The notes beneath the pieces were generated by a model. It saw only the letters and a list, made by a program, of their open reading frames with translations, had not been told where the DNA came from and made no database searches. The translations under genes and the position numbers were made by a program. DNA of 41,120 nt from a virus. Lineage: Duplodnaviria; Caudoviricetes. Shown here in pieces: positions 14,914-23,233 of this stretch. The stretch lies in IMG/VR virus record IMGVR_UViG_3300020045_007165, positions 1-41,120 of that record, one strand, 5' to 3'. Each line of letters opens with the position of its first letter. Position 1 is the stretch's first letter.

Positions 14914-15474
14914 ATGGGTAAGTATTGCAAGTTTATGAAGTATGCAGGGGTTGATATCCGTAAGGACGACCCAAACTATCACAAAACCATCATTGATTAT
15001 GTTCAGAACCTTTATGTTTCAAAGTTTGGCAAGAAACGCGATGGTCTTAATTATTGCAGGGCAAAGGCTGTTTTGGGGGTGCATTTTCAAGGATATGAAA
15101 TAACCCATCCTGACACTCGCAATGAAAAGTCAGCTAATCGAACGAAGAAAAGAAGAAATAAGTCTAAAACTACAATACAATCTAAGCCAAACAACCCGCC
15201 CAAGCTAAGTATTGTTAAAGCCAGTTATGCCTGTTCAGATGAGTTTCTTTTGTCCTATGAATGGCGAAAATTAAGATATGCGGCATTGAAGAAAAATAAC
15301 GGCAAGTGTGAACTATGCGGAAACGGCAGGGGAGATGGCGTAAAGCTTCACGTTGACCATATAAAACCGCGTAGAAAATACCCTGAATTGGCTTTGAGCC
15401 TAGAAAATCTACAGGTGCTATGCGAGTTATGCAATCATGGCAAGGGAAACTGGGATGAAACTGATTGGAGGTGA
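14914..15474 (+). CDS. HNH endonuclease (McrA-like, Zn-binding) with long basic N-terminal extension
   Basis: EWRKLRY..L.....CELCG...LHVDHIKPR..YPEL.L..ENLQVLCELCNHGK. Confidence 0.92.
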   Translation: MGKYCKFMKYAGVDIRKDDPNYHKTIIDYVQNLYVSKFGKKRDGLNYCRAKAVLGVHFQGYEITHPDTRNEKSANRTKKRRNKSKTTIQSKPNNPPKLSIVKASYACSDEFLLSYEWRKLRYAALKKNNGKCELCGNGRGDGVKLHVDHIKPRRKYPELALSLENLQVLCELCNHGKGNWDETDWR

Positions 15475-15504
15475 AAATAATTGCAAAATAATTGAAAATA
15501 GGCA

Positions 15505-15533
15505 TTGACACTATATGACTAATGTGTAATACT
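15505..15533 (+). promoter_or_regulatory. Promoter of a three-gene moron-like cassette
   Basis: AT-rich UP region, TTGACA(15505)-17-AATACT, then GGAG RBS. Confidence 0.55.
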
Positions 15534-15583
15534 GGCTTTCAGAGAGGCAATTAGGTCTTTCGGAAAAAATGGAGAAACATTTT

Positions 15584-15805
15584 ATGACAAATACAGTTTA
15601 TACTTCACTCGAAACATTCACCAATATTTTTGCAATGGTAGAAGAACGCGCTCGTTTAATCACTGCAATGAAAAACGACAAAGTGAAGTTGGCAAAATCT
15701 AGCCTTGATGCGAAAGTACAATCAAGCCGCTATTTCATGACGCAAATAAACGCCATTAATGCAAAGCTGGAAGGCTTGCAAGGCAAAACCATTATGGGGG
15801 TGTAA
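15584..15805 (+). CDS. Hypothetical coiled-coil protein
   Basis: RBS GGAG supports the start MTNTVY. Confidence 0.7.
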   Translation: MTNTVYTSLETFTNIFAMVEERARLITAMKNDKVKLAKSSLDAKVQSSRYFMTQINAINAKLEGLQGKTIMGV

Positions 15806-15809
15806 TGGT

Positions 15810-16103
15810 ATGAATCTAGCCTCACCTTATGGAAAACACCTTAGAAATTGCAAAAAGCAACTTGTGGAAAGAAATTTAAGCATGACCATCATTACATCAG
15901 AAACACGCAACCCCACACCTAACCGAGCCTTAGACTGGCGAGCTACTTTTAAGGATTATGAGGGCGGTGACGTGCAGGGCTTTGGTGCTACACCTGAATT
16001 AGCTACCGAGGATTTACTAGAACAAAACCGCTGCGACACTTGCGGGGATATTCACTATCCCAAGTCAGTGCCGTATGCTTGTGAGAATGTGGATGGAGTA
16101 TGA
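15810..16103 (+). CDS. Hypothetical protein with C-terminal Cys cluster
   Basis: DWRAT..DYEG....GFGAT...A..DL motif; start uncertain. Confidence 0.6.
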   Translation: MNLASPYGKHLRNCKKQLVERNLSMTIITSETRNPTPNRALDWRATFKDYEGGDVQGFGATPELATEDLLEQNRCDTCGDIHYPKSVPYACENVDGV

Positions 16104-16282
16104 ACTGGATTAACCAATGCGAAGAACTATGGGGCGAGAAGTGGAAATCCACCCTAGCCCTAACTGCTGGCGTAACCAAGCGTAATGTATTCCGTTGGTT
16201 TTCTGGTGAGTACAAAATCCCTTTGCGTGTTGAGCAGGGCATTCAAAAAACTTGGCAAATATGGATAGGTGATAAATCGTGA
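16100..16282 (+). CDS. Small HTH protein
   Basis: LWGEKWKSTLA...GVTKRNVFRWFSG...IP. Confidence 0.75.
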   Translation: MNWINQCEELWGEKWKSTLALTAGVTKRNVFRWFSGEYKIPLRVEQGIQKTWQIWIGDKS

Positions 16283-16611
16283 ATTTATTAGGCAAAACAG
16301 GCGTATATCAAAAGGGACAGAAGCGCACTAAGGGCAAGCCTAGCGATAGACCGTATCTTGATTGGTTGAAACAGCTGTCATGCTGCGTATGCCATAGAAC
16401 GCCCTGTGACCCAGCGCATGTGAGGTTGAACGGTAGGGCAGGAATAGGGCAAAAGCCTTTATTCTCAGCAGTGCCGTTGTGTAGAACTTGCCACTTGAAA
16501 CAACACAGCGAAGGGCATTCAGCAATTATGCCAAGCGAACAATGGTTAGAAATGGCGGATTTTTATTTAAGAATTTGGAAAGATTATGAAACCCAAGGAT
16601 TAGACCGATGA
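16279..16611 (+). CDS. DUF968-like Zn-binding putative nuclease/recombination protein
   Basis: YLDWLKQLSCCVC...DPAHVR...G.G.KP...AVPLCRTCH..QH. Confidence 0.8.
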   Translation: MNLLGKTGVYQKGQKRTKGKPSDRPYLDWLKQLSCCVCHRTPCDPAHVRLNGRAGIGQKPLFSAVPLCRTCHLKQHSEGHSAIMPSEQWLEMADFYLRIWKDYETQGLDR

Positions 16612-16619
16612 TAAAGTTG

Positions 16620-16648
16620 TTGCGGATGCCAATATCTTAGTTTATAAT
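16620..16648 (+). promoter_or_regulatory. Sigma70 promoter at the start of the packaging module
   Basis: TTGCGG-17-TATAAT. Confidence 0.65.
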
Positions 16649-16665
16649 TCTCAAAAGGAAATATT

Positions 16666-16986
16666 ATGCAAATAGGTGATAAAGTCACATACATCCGTCA
16701 CTCAAAAGATGGCGTGAGTGAAGGCGAGGCCAAGATTAAAGGTATAGGGCTTGACGGTGAAAACCGCGCTATTGTGCTTCTGGTCGAGGGTGATAATTCC
16801 TTCAACACCTACACCGCTTGCGTAAATCCTAGTGATGATTTCAAAGAGCAATTCACTGCAATGGTCACTGAGCTTGAGGAATTAAGCAAAGAAGGCAACG
16901 ACAAAGCCAAAGCCATTGTTGAGCAGTATAACGGTAAAATCAGCGTGATGAGAGATGCGTTGATAGGAAGTCCAGTGGAGTTGTAA
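16666..16986 (+). CDS. Hypothetical protein (SH3-like N-terminus, coiled-coil C-terminus)
   Basis: MQIGDKVTY; RBS AAGGA. Confidence 0.7.
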   Translation: MQIGDKVTYIRHSKDGVSEGEAKIKGIGLDGENRAIVLLVEGDNSFNTYTACVNPSDDFKEQFTAMVTELEELSKEGNDKAKAIVEQYNGKISVMRDALIGSPVEL

Positions 16987-17372
16987 TGGTAGCTGGCAGA
17001 CCAACGTCCATGACTGAGGGTGTACTCCAGAAATTAGAGGAGGCATTTTTGCTCGGATGTTCAGACAGAGAAGCTTGCTTGATGGCTGATATTGCACCAG
17101 CAACTCTTTATGAATATCAGAAGGATAACCCAGATTATGTGGAACGCAAAGAAAGTCTTAAAGAAAATCCGATACTAATTGCAAGAACGACAGTGGTTAA
17201 TAATTTACGGAGTGATAGCGACCTATCCATGAAGTTCTTGGAAAGAAAGAAGAAAGACGAGTTTAGTCCGAGCAGCACAATAAACAATACACACACATTT
17301 GTTCAAATGCCCACAATCACTAAGGACGGCGAAGAAATTACTTTTAATGTAGGAGAACCGACCAATGGCTGA
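16986..17372 (+). CDS. terS: Terminase small subunit
   Basis: GRPT....KLEEAF..G.S..EAC..A.I...TLY.Y....P HTH; upstream of TerL. Confidence 0.8.
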   Translation: MVAGRPTSMTEGVLQKLEEAFLLGCSDREACLMADIAPATLYEYQKDNPDYVERKESLKENPILIARTTVVNNLRSDSDLSMKFLERKKKDEFSPSSTINNTHTFVQMPTITKDGEEITFNVGEPTNG

Positions 17373-17769
17373 CGCAGTAACGGTACAAACACTACAGGAC
17401 GCAGATGATTACGTCATTATGCGCTTTACCAACCTTTCGGACGGCACAGGAGAAGCGGCTGTGACTAAGGTGGATGTTTCAACTCTTGACGTGTCAGGCC
17501 GCAATGGGGCGGCATGTTCTGAGGTTGTCATCGAGGAAATCGAATATAGCATTGTGGGTATGTCAGTATCGCTATTGTGGGATGCTACGGCGGATGTAAG
17601 GGCTGCGGTGTTGAGCAACAGTGGTTTGATGACATTCTGCGGCACTAAGGGCATTCCAAATAACGCCGGTGCTGGTAAAACTGGCGATATCCAGCTTACC
17701 ACGACAGGGCATACGTCTGGTGATTCCTATGATATCACACTGAAAATGAGGAAAAAATATGCTTCGTAA
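17365..17769 (+). CDS. Conserved phage hypothetical, beta-rich, possibly virion-associated
   Basis: MADAVT.QT......FTN.SDGTGE..V.KVDVS.L; RBS AGGAG. Confidence 0.75.
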   Translation: MADAVTVQTLQDADDYVIMRFTNLSDGTGEAAVTKVDVSTLDVSGRNGAACSEVVIEEIEYSIVGMSVSLLWDATADVRAAVLSNSGLMTFCGTKGIPNNAGAGKTGDIQLTTTGHTSGDSYDITLKMRKKYAS

Positions 17770-17896
17770 CATTTTGATTGCAGCATTATTGCTTGTTCCA
17801 TTCACTGCATCAGCCCAACAGCTTTGTAAGCAGCGTGTTGTTGAAGTGTGCAGTCCGAGTGGCATTTCGTGTCAGCTTGTGGTGGTGTGTGACTAA
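17759..17896 (+). CDS. Secreted Cys-rich mini-protein (45 aa; signal peptide plus 26-aa mature peptide); not in the track
   Basis: MLRNILIAALLLVPFTASA/QQLCKQRVVEVCSPSGISCQLVVVCD; RBS GAGG. Confidence 0.7.
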   Translation: MLRNILIAALLLVPFTASAQQLCKQRVVEVCSPSGISCQLVVVCD

Positions 17897-17976
17897 ACTA
17901 TTGGTTGAATGTGCAATTAATGCACATGGCGTTTGGCTCGGTTCTGAACGATATTGTAACCAACTCACGGTTGTAA

Positions 17977-19308
17977 ATGGCATTAAATCTCCCCGAATAC
18001 CTAAACATACCCGACAAGCTCCTGCCTATCATCACGGACTTCAACGACTACAAATTCTTTGTTATCGAGGGCGGTCGTGGTTCAGGCAAAACACAAACCA
18101 TAGCCAGAATCCTGCTTTACATAGCCGAGAAGCGCAAGGTGCGTATCTTCTGTGGTCGTGAAGTGCAGAACACCATTGAGGAATCAGTTTATACCGTATT
18201 TTCTGATTTGATAATGAAGCATCATCTTGCGTATGATGTGAAGAAGGTAGGCATTACACACTTAACAACTGATTCAGAATTGAAATTTAAGGGCTTCCGT
18301 GAGCAGGGTAGCGTCAACATTAAGGGTGTCGAGGGTGCTGCAATCGTTTGGGTGGATGAGGCGCAAACAGTTACTAAACCTACTTTGGATATTCTAATCC
18401 CCACGGTACGCACCGAGAACAGCAAATTGATATTCACGATGAATCGCTACATGCGGGATGATGCTGTCATGGAATTGGTAGGTCGGCCTGATTGCCTGCA
18501 CATAAAGATAAACTATTTCGAGAATCCTTTCTGCCCTCTGACGCTCAAGCATGAAGCTGAGTTGGTGAAGAACAAATCTGAGCGCGATTATCGGCATATC
18601 TGGCTTGGTGAGCCTCTAGCGCAGGCGGATGATTACCTATTCAACTACGACAAGCTGCATCACTCAATGGAAATTCAAACATTCGGCGAGAAGTTTGGCA
18701 ATCAACGTATTATGGGTATTGACTTCGCAGCGCAGGGTAATGATTCGTGCGTAGCTACTATTTTGGATAGGGAAACCAATCAACACTGGAAGCTAGCCGA
18801 GAGAATCAGGTGGGATGAGCCTGATGCGATGATTTCAGTTGGAAAGATTGTGCAGCTTATGGGGCAGTTCAAGCCGGATGTGTGTATTTTAGATGTGGGA
18901 GGAATGGGGCATGTGGTGTGGAATAGATTAATTGAGGTGGGGATGAAGGTTGAGCGGTTCGACGGGGCGACGACAAAAGGCATTGATGCTGTGCATTATG
19001 CCAATGCGAGAGCCGAGGGATATTATATTCTTAAAGATTGGTTCGATAATTCGTGGCTATCCATATCCAAAGAGCATATTGAGGTGATTAAACAGCTTGA
19101 GAAAGTAAAAATGAAATTCCGTAGCGATGGGCGCAGGGTGCTTGAGAGTAAAGTAGACATGAAGAAAGACACAGGCGGATTATCGCCTGATGATGCGGAT
19201 TCTCTCATGATGGCAGTTTATGGCGCAGTGAAGTTTTTGGGCAAATCTAACTCAGTTGCCAACGATAATCCGATAAAAAGATTGTCGGGGAGCAAGAGAA
19301 AGCGTTGA
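17977..19308 (+). CDS. terL: Terminase large subunit (PBSX-like ATPase plus RNase H-like nuclease)
   Basis: Walker A GGRGSGKT, Walker B IVWVDEAQ, GIDFA and SPDDADS nuclease motifs. Confidence 0.95.
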   Translation: MALNLPEYLNIPDKLLPIITDFNDYKFFVIEGGRGSGKTQTIARILLYIAEKRKVRIFCGREVQNTIEESVYTVFSDLIMKHHLAYDVKKVGITHLTTDSELKFKGFREQGSVNIKGVEGAAIVWVDEAQTVTKPTLDILIPTVRTENSKLIFTMNRYMRDDAVMELVGRPDCLHIKINYFENPFCPLTLKHEAELVKNKSERDYRHIWLGEPLAQADDYLFNYDKLHHSMEIQTFGEKFGNQRIMGIDFAAQGNDSCVATILDRETNQHWKLAERIRWDEPDAMISVGKIVQLMGQFKPDVCILDVGGMGHVVWNRLIEVGMKVERFDGATTKGIDAVHYANARAEGYYILKDWFDNSWLSISKEHIEVIKQLEKVKMKFRSDGRRVLESKVDMKKDTGGLSPDDADSLMMAVYGAVKFLGKSNSVANDNPIKRLSGSKRKR

Positions 19309-19332
19309 CTGCTACTAAATATAGCGTATAAT
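19305..19332 (+). promoter_or_regulatory. Sigma70 promoter upstream of the portal genes
   Basis: TTGACT-16-TATAAT; the -35 overlaps the terL stop codon. Confidence 0.7.
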
Positions 19333-19351
19333 TCACGAAAAGGAGCACAAT

Positions 19352-19546
19352 ATGAAGGCAGTTGCATCATTATTCGGCGGGGGTTCCACTCCTAAAGTTT
19401 CCACTCAACCAGCACAAGACACGGAAGCAGAGCAGAAGAAAGCCAAAAAGGCACGTTCTGCACTTCTGGCTACCGAGGGCGGTGTACTCGGTACTGAGCT
19501 TGAAGGTGGGCAAGTAAGCCAGCGTTCGACTATTTTTGGGAATTAG
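19352..19546 (+). CDS. Small pre-portal virion protein
   Basis: LFGGG..P...R..LL.T..G....T..G pattern typical just before T7-like connectors; RBS AAGGAG. Confidence 0.75.
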   Translation: MKAVASLFGGGSTPKVSTQPAQDTEAEQKKAKKARSALLATEGGVLGTELEGGQVSQRSTIFGN

Positions 19547-19547
19547 C

Positions 19548-21344
19548 GTGAAAGATTTTCAATCCATATTCCAGCGATATACCGAGTTAAAATCGGAGCG
19601 TGAATCATATAAGCCTTTATGGGATTCAATCTCCAAATTCGTCGGCATAAACGTCAATCCTGGTTACACATGGAATAACCGTGGTAACAAAGCGAAAGAC
19701 AATGATGAGTATGTTGATGACCCGACCTCTGCAATATCCGTAAATCAGTTTGGTGACTACATGGTTGGTATTATGTGGGGTACGGGTGATAATGCTTTTA
19801 AGCTTGTACCTTCACGCTACGTTTTAGAATTAGCCTCACCAGAAGAAGTCGAGGGATATTACGACTTCGCCACTCAGCAATCACTCTACCACATAAATCA
19901 TCCCGATGCTGGGTTCAATGGCTGCTTGCGCTCTTACGCTTATGACCAAGCGGCCTTTGGTACTTCGGGCATTGGTGCATTTCCTAACAAAGCATTTATC
20001 AACAAAACAGCCGATAACGCTTTAATCTTCCGTCAGTATGGTGTGGATAATGTGTGTATTGATGAGGGCAGGGCAGGGTTAGTCGAATACGTTTTTGCTA
20101 CTTATAAATGGCGCGTCAGTCGAATTGTTGGTGAGTTCTGCACAGAAAATGGTGCAGTAAACGATATGGCGATTGAGCGTTTGCCACGTGCTATAAAAAC
20201 GGCATGGAAGAAAAACAAGCTGAATGATGAGTTTACCATCGTATTCGGGGTAATGCCTCGTGATGACTACGACCCGAAGAAGATGGGAGCGCGTGGTACT
20301 AAGTATCGTGGCGTGTGGTTTCAAGACGGTGACGCGGCGAATAACACCATTTTCTTCGAGGAAAGCTTTGCTGAACGCCCCATTGCAATGGCGAGAATGA
20401 TTAAGGTGCGCGGTGAGGTGTACGGGCGTTCAAGCGGCACGATGCTATTATCTACTATTCGCGCGGTAAACTTTATGCTGGCGACCTCGATTGAAGTCAT
20501 CGAGAAGATGGCTAATCCTTCGCTTGGAATACTGAATAATGCCATATTTGGTGATTCTGTTTTAGACACGTCACCAAACGGATTGACGGTGTTTAATTCT
20601 GCATTAGCCGCAGGACAGCAACCTACTTTCCCGCTTTATGATGTGGGCGACCCTTCGTCTTTGATTCAGTATCTCATTCCGTATTTGAATGAGAAAGTCA
20701 CCACGGCTTTCAAGGTCGATGCTTTGTTAGATTTCAGCTCTGCAAAAGAGATGACGGCAACCGAGAGTTTGCAGCGTTACGCTATTCGTGGCAAGTCACT
20801 CGCTGGTATTCTACAACAACAGAAAGTTGAGTGCTTGGATGTTGTGGGGCGCAGGGTTGTTTCGGTTCTCTATGGATTAGACCAGTTAGGTGTAAATCCT
20901 CGTGTCTCAAATGACGCAGCAGCGAAACTAAAAGCAACCAATCGTGGTGAGCGTGTGATTCCTGATGCAGTATTACAGACGATTGAAGCTGGCCGCCCGT
21001 GGTTTGAAATTCGCTTTAATAACGAATTAGAAAAGCTCACGCGTACGGAATCGGTACAGGCTCTTGTTCAGGTGTTACAGTCCATTGGTGGGATTGCTGC
21101 GCTGTATCCACAGATTATCGAGGCGATTGACTGGTATAAGCTATTGAAAGACATCAATGATAACCTTGATGCCAATAACCAGATTCTAATCGGTGAGACA
21201 AAATTCAAAGAGAAGATTCAGGCATTGGCACAACAACAAGCAGCGGCGATGGCGTTGCAAGCAGGGCAGATGGGTTCAGAAATTCAAAAGAATACAGCGC
21301 AAGGTAATAAGAGTAACGCGGAAGCAAAACAGGTTGGCGTATGA
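19548..21344 (+). CDS. Portal / head-to-tail connector (T7 gp8 or BPP-1-like)
   Basis: ~600 aa; FGTS, GEVYGRS and MTATE motifs; GTG 19548 is the likelier start. Confidence 0.9.
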   Translation: MKDFQSIFQRYTELKSERESYKPLWDSISKFVGINVNPGYTWNNRGNKAKDNDEYVDDPTSAISVNQFGDYMVGIMWGTGDNAFKLVPSRYVLELASPEEVEGYYDFATQQSLYHINHPDAGFNGCLRSYAYDQAAFGTSGIGAFPNKAFINKTADNALIFRQYGVDNVCIDEGRAGLVEYVFATYKWRVSRIVGEFCTENGAVNDMAIERLPRAIKTAWKKNKLNDEFTIVFGVMPRDDYDPKKMGARGTKYRGVWFQDGDAANNTIFFEESFAERPIAMARMIKVRGEVYGRSSGTMLLSTIRAVNFMLATSIEVIEKMANPSLGILNNAIFGDSVLDTSPNGLTVFNSALAAGQQPTFPLYDVGDPSSLIQYLIPYLNEKVTTAFKVDALLDFSSAKEMTATESLQRYAIRGKSLAGILQQQKVECLDVVGRRVVSVLYGLDQLGVNPRVSNDAAAKLKATNRGERVIPDAVLQTIEAGRPWFEIRFNNELEKLTRTESVQALVQVLQSIGGIAALYPQIIEAIDWYKLLKDINDNLDANNQILIGETKFKEKIQALAQQQAAAMALQAGQMGSEIQKNTAQGNKSNAEAKQVGV

Positions 21345-21640
21345 TAAATGAACATAGCATAGTCGATGCAATGGCAAAGCGGGAATCAGACCGCCAAAAG
21401 CAACAGGAAATAGTGATTGAGAATATCGAGGAGTATAAAGTCGCACTTAACCGCATATTCTCCATGAATGAAGGCAAGCTACTTGCCAAGTATTTACTAA
21501 GGTTTTGCATGGTTTTTAACGATGACGCACAGCTAAACCCTGCAAAATTAATAGAGGATAAAGGAAAGAGGGCTGTGTGGTTGAAGATGGTTAGACCCTA
21601 CTTGGATAGACAACTAATTATGGAGATTGAATCACAATGA
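21341..21640 (+). CDS. Small post-portal protein (Bbp19-like)
   Basis: F....GK.L...L...C.......G.R.V.L pattern; synteny. Confidence 0.7.
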   Translation: MINEHSIVDAMAKRESDRQKQQEIVIENIEEYKVALNRIFSMNEGKLLAKYLLRFCMVFNDDAQLNPAKLIEDKGKRAVWLKMVRPYLDRQLIMEIESQ

Positions 21641-22443
21641 CCGAAGAAGTAATTGTGGACGCTGCCGCGCAAGCGACAACAGCAACCACACCAGCCAACG
21701 ATGCACCTAACGGGGCGGTGGCACAAACGGTATCAAATGATTTTGCAGTTCCCGATGCTTACAAAGAGAAACCGTGGACAGCAAACGTAAAATCCAGTGA
21801 TGATTTATGGAAGCAGCTTGACAATGCTCAAGCTCTCATCGGCAAAAAGATTGTAGTGCCTGATTGGGAAAAGGCCGACCCAAAAGAAATTGACGAGTAT
21901 GTCGGGCAACTCCGGCCTAAAGACGCATCAGCCTATAAATTCGCAGATGATATGCCGGAAGCGGAGCGCACAGCTTACGGTGCGATGCTGCATGAAGTAG
22001 GGCTTCCTGCTCCCCTTGCTAATAAACTCATTGAAAAATACGACACCATGCAGAAAGCCGAGATTGCTAAAGCATTCAGCGAGGAAGGGTTGCTTGCTGA
22101 AAAGAAAGCCTCCTTTGGGGATAATTACGAGGCGATGGGTGCGAAGGTAGCAAAAACCATTTCTTCTAATCTGAGCAAAGAGGACTTGGCTATTGTTGAC
22201 ACCAAGCTGCCGAATAACGTAGTGGGGATTATCTACCGTCTTGCTGCGAATATGGAAAAGAAATACGGGGCGAGTGAATCAGGTGCAGCGGCGAGCAATG
22301 CGGCGGCGATGTCTCCGGTGAATGTCAGTGAGCAAGCCAATAAAATACGCAATGATATTGATGCTCTCACCCGCCGCCAGCACACCGCCGAGGAAAGACA
22401 AGTCCTCATTGACCAACTCAACGCACTTTACACAAGGAAATAA
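21637..22443 (+). CDS. Capsid scaffolding protein
   Basis: Low-complexity N-terminus, L.K...NAQ.LIGKK, RP....Y; synteny. Confidence 0.8.
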   Translation: MTEEVIVDAAAQATTATTPANDAPNGAVAQTVSNDFAVPDAYKEKPWTANVKSSDDLWKQLDNAQALIGKKIVVPDWEKADPKEIDEYVGQLRPKDASAYKFADDMPEAERTAYGAMLHEVGLPAPLANKLIEKYDTMQKAEIAKAFSEEGLLAEKKASFGDNYEAMGAKVAKTISSNLSKEDLAIVDTKLPNNVVGIIYRLAANMEKKYGASESGAAASNAAAMSPVNVSEQANKIRNDIDALTRRQHTAEERQVLIDQLNALYTRK

Positions 22444-22445
22444 TT

Positions 22446-23084
22446 ATGAAAGCCCTCAAAGTAACTATCAGCGGTTCATACCGTGGCGAACAAGACAAGA
22501 TTATTGATTTTGCAAACGTAACCGGAGTCATTCCCTATCAGGATGAAGAAGTCGCCACTCAGCACGTTCGCAAGCGTTATGCGCGGATGTGGATTATGGG
22601 GAATGAGAAATTCCGTGAACGTATGAAATCTGTGCGTGAGTGCTATATTGATGATATGCAGGAAACCGAATCCGAGTTTACCTTTGTTGGTAAGGACATT
22701 CGAGCGATGACACAAGAAGAATTGCAGGACTTGGCTACAGCTAAGGACTTAAAACAAATCCCCCTCTACAAGAAAACTTCAGAACGTGAGATGAGAATGG
22801 CGGCATATGCTACCTATAGCGACCATGTGCTGAAAGAGCCTGTAAATCACAAAGAAGTAGGGTTTAACCTGATGAAACAGCCTCCTATCATTGTGAATGA
22901 CAGCGCATGGCGTAAGGATACTACTAAGAAACTCACCAATGATGAGGTGCTGTCTCAAGAGGCGACCATTGGTAAGAAAACTACCATGAGCCGTGCGGAG
23001 TTAGAAGCTATTGCCAAAAGCCAAGGCATAGAGTTTCATCACAAGCTATCGGATGCGAATTTGTATGCCAAAATATACGGTTGA
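22446..23084 (+). CDS. Hypothetical head-region protein with possible HeH/LEM-like C-terminus
   Basis: SRAELEAIAKSQGIEF...LS...LYAKI; RBS AAGGA. Confidence 0.65.
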   Translation: MKALKVTISGSYRGEQDKIIDFANVTGVIPYQDEEVATQHVRKRYARMWIMGNEKFRERMKSVRECYIDDMQETESEFTFVGKDIRAMTQEELQDLATAKDLKQIPLYKKTSEREMRMAAYATYSDHVLKEPVNHKEVGFNLMKQPPIIVNDSAWRKDTTKKLTNDEVLSQEATIGKKTTMSRAELEAIAKSQGIEFHHKLSDANLYAKIYG

Positions 23085-23109
23085 CGGTTATCTAGATATA
23101 GTATAATAT
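23081..23109 (+). promoter_or_regulatory. Promoter of the major capsid gene
   Basis: TTGACG then TATAAT (15-nt spacer) or TAATAT (17-nt spacer). Confidence 0.6.
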
Positions 23110-23233
23110 ATTTTTATCGGGTAGCCCATATAGGGTCTGATGACGTGAAGCTGCTGTAAGAGCTAGAAAACCCCATTTTTGGGATAATTTTCGCCAAAAA
23201 CGAAATTTATCAACTCAAAACAGGAGACTAGCT

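Noticed and set aside
14914-15474. IscB/TnpB/Cas9-like nuclease
   Set aside because: No RuvC motifs, PLMP or bridge helix; only a McrA-like HNH domain
23136-23205. Hammerhead ribozyme (CUGAUGA ... GAAA) in the capsid leader
   Set aside because: No properly closed stem II next to the core and no consistent stem I/III with a UH site
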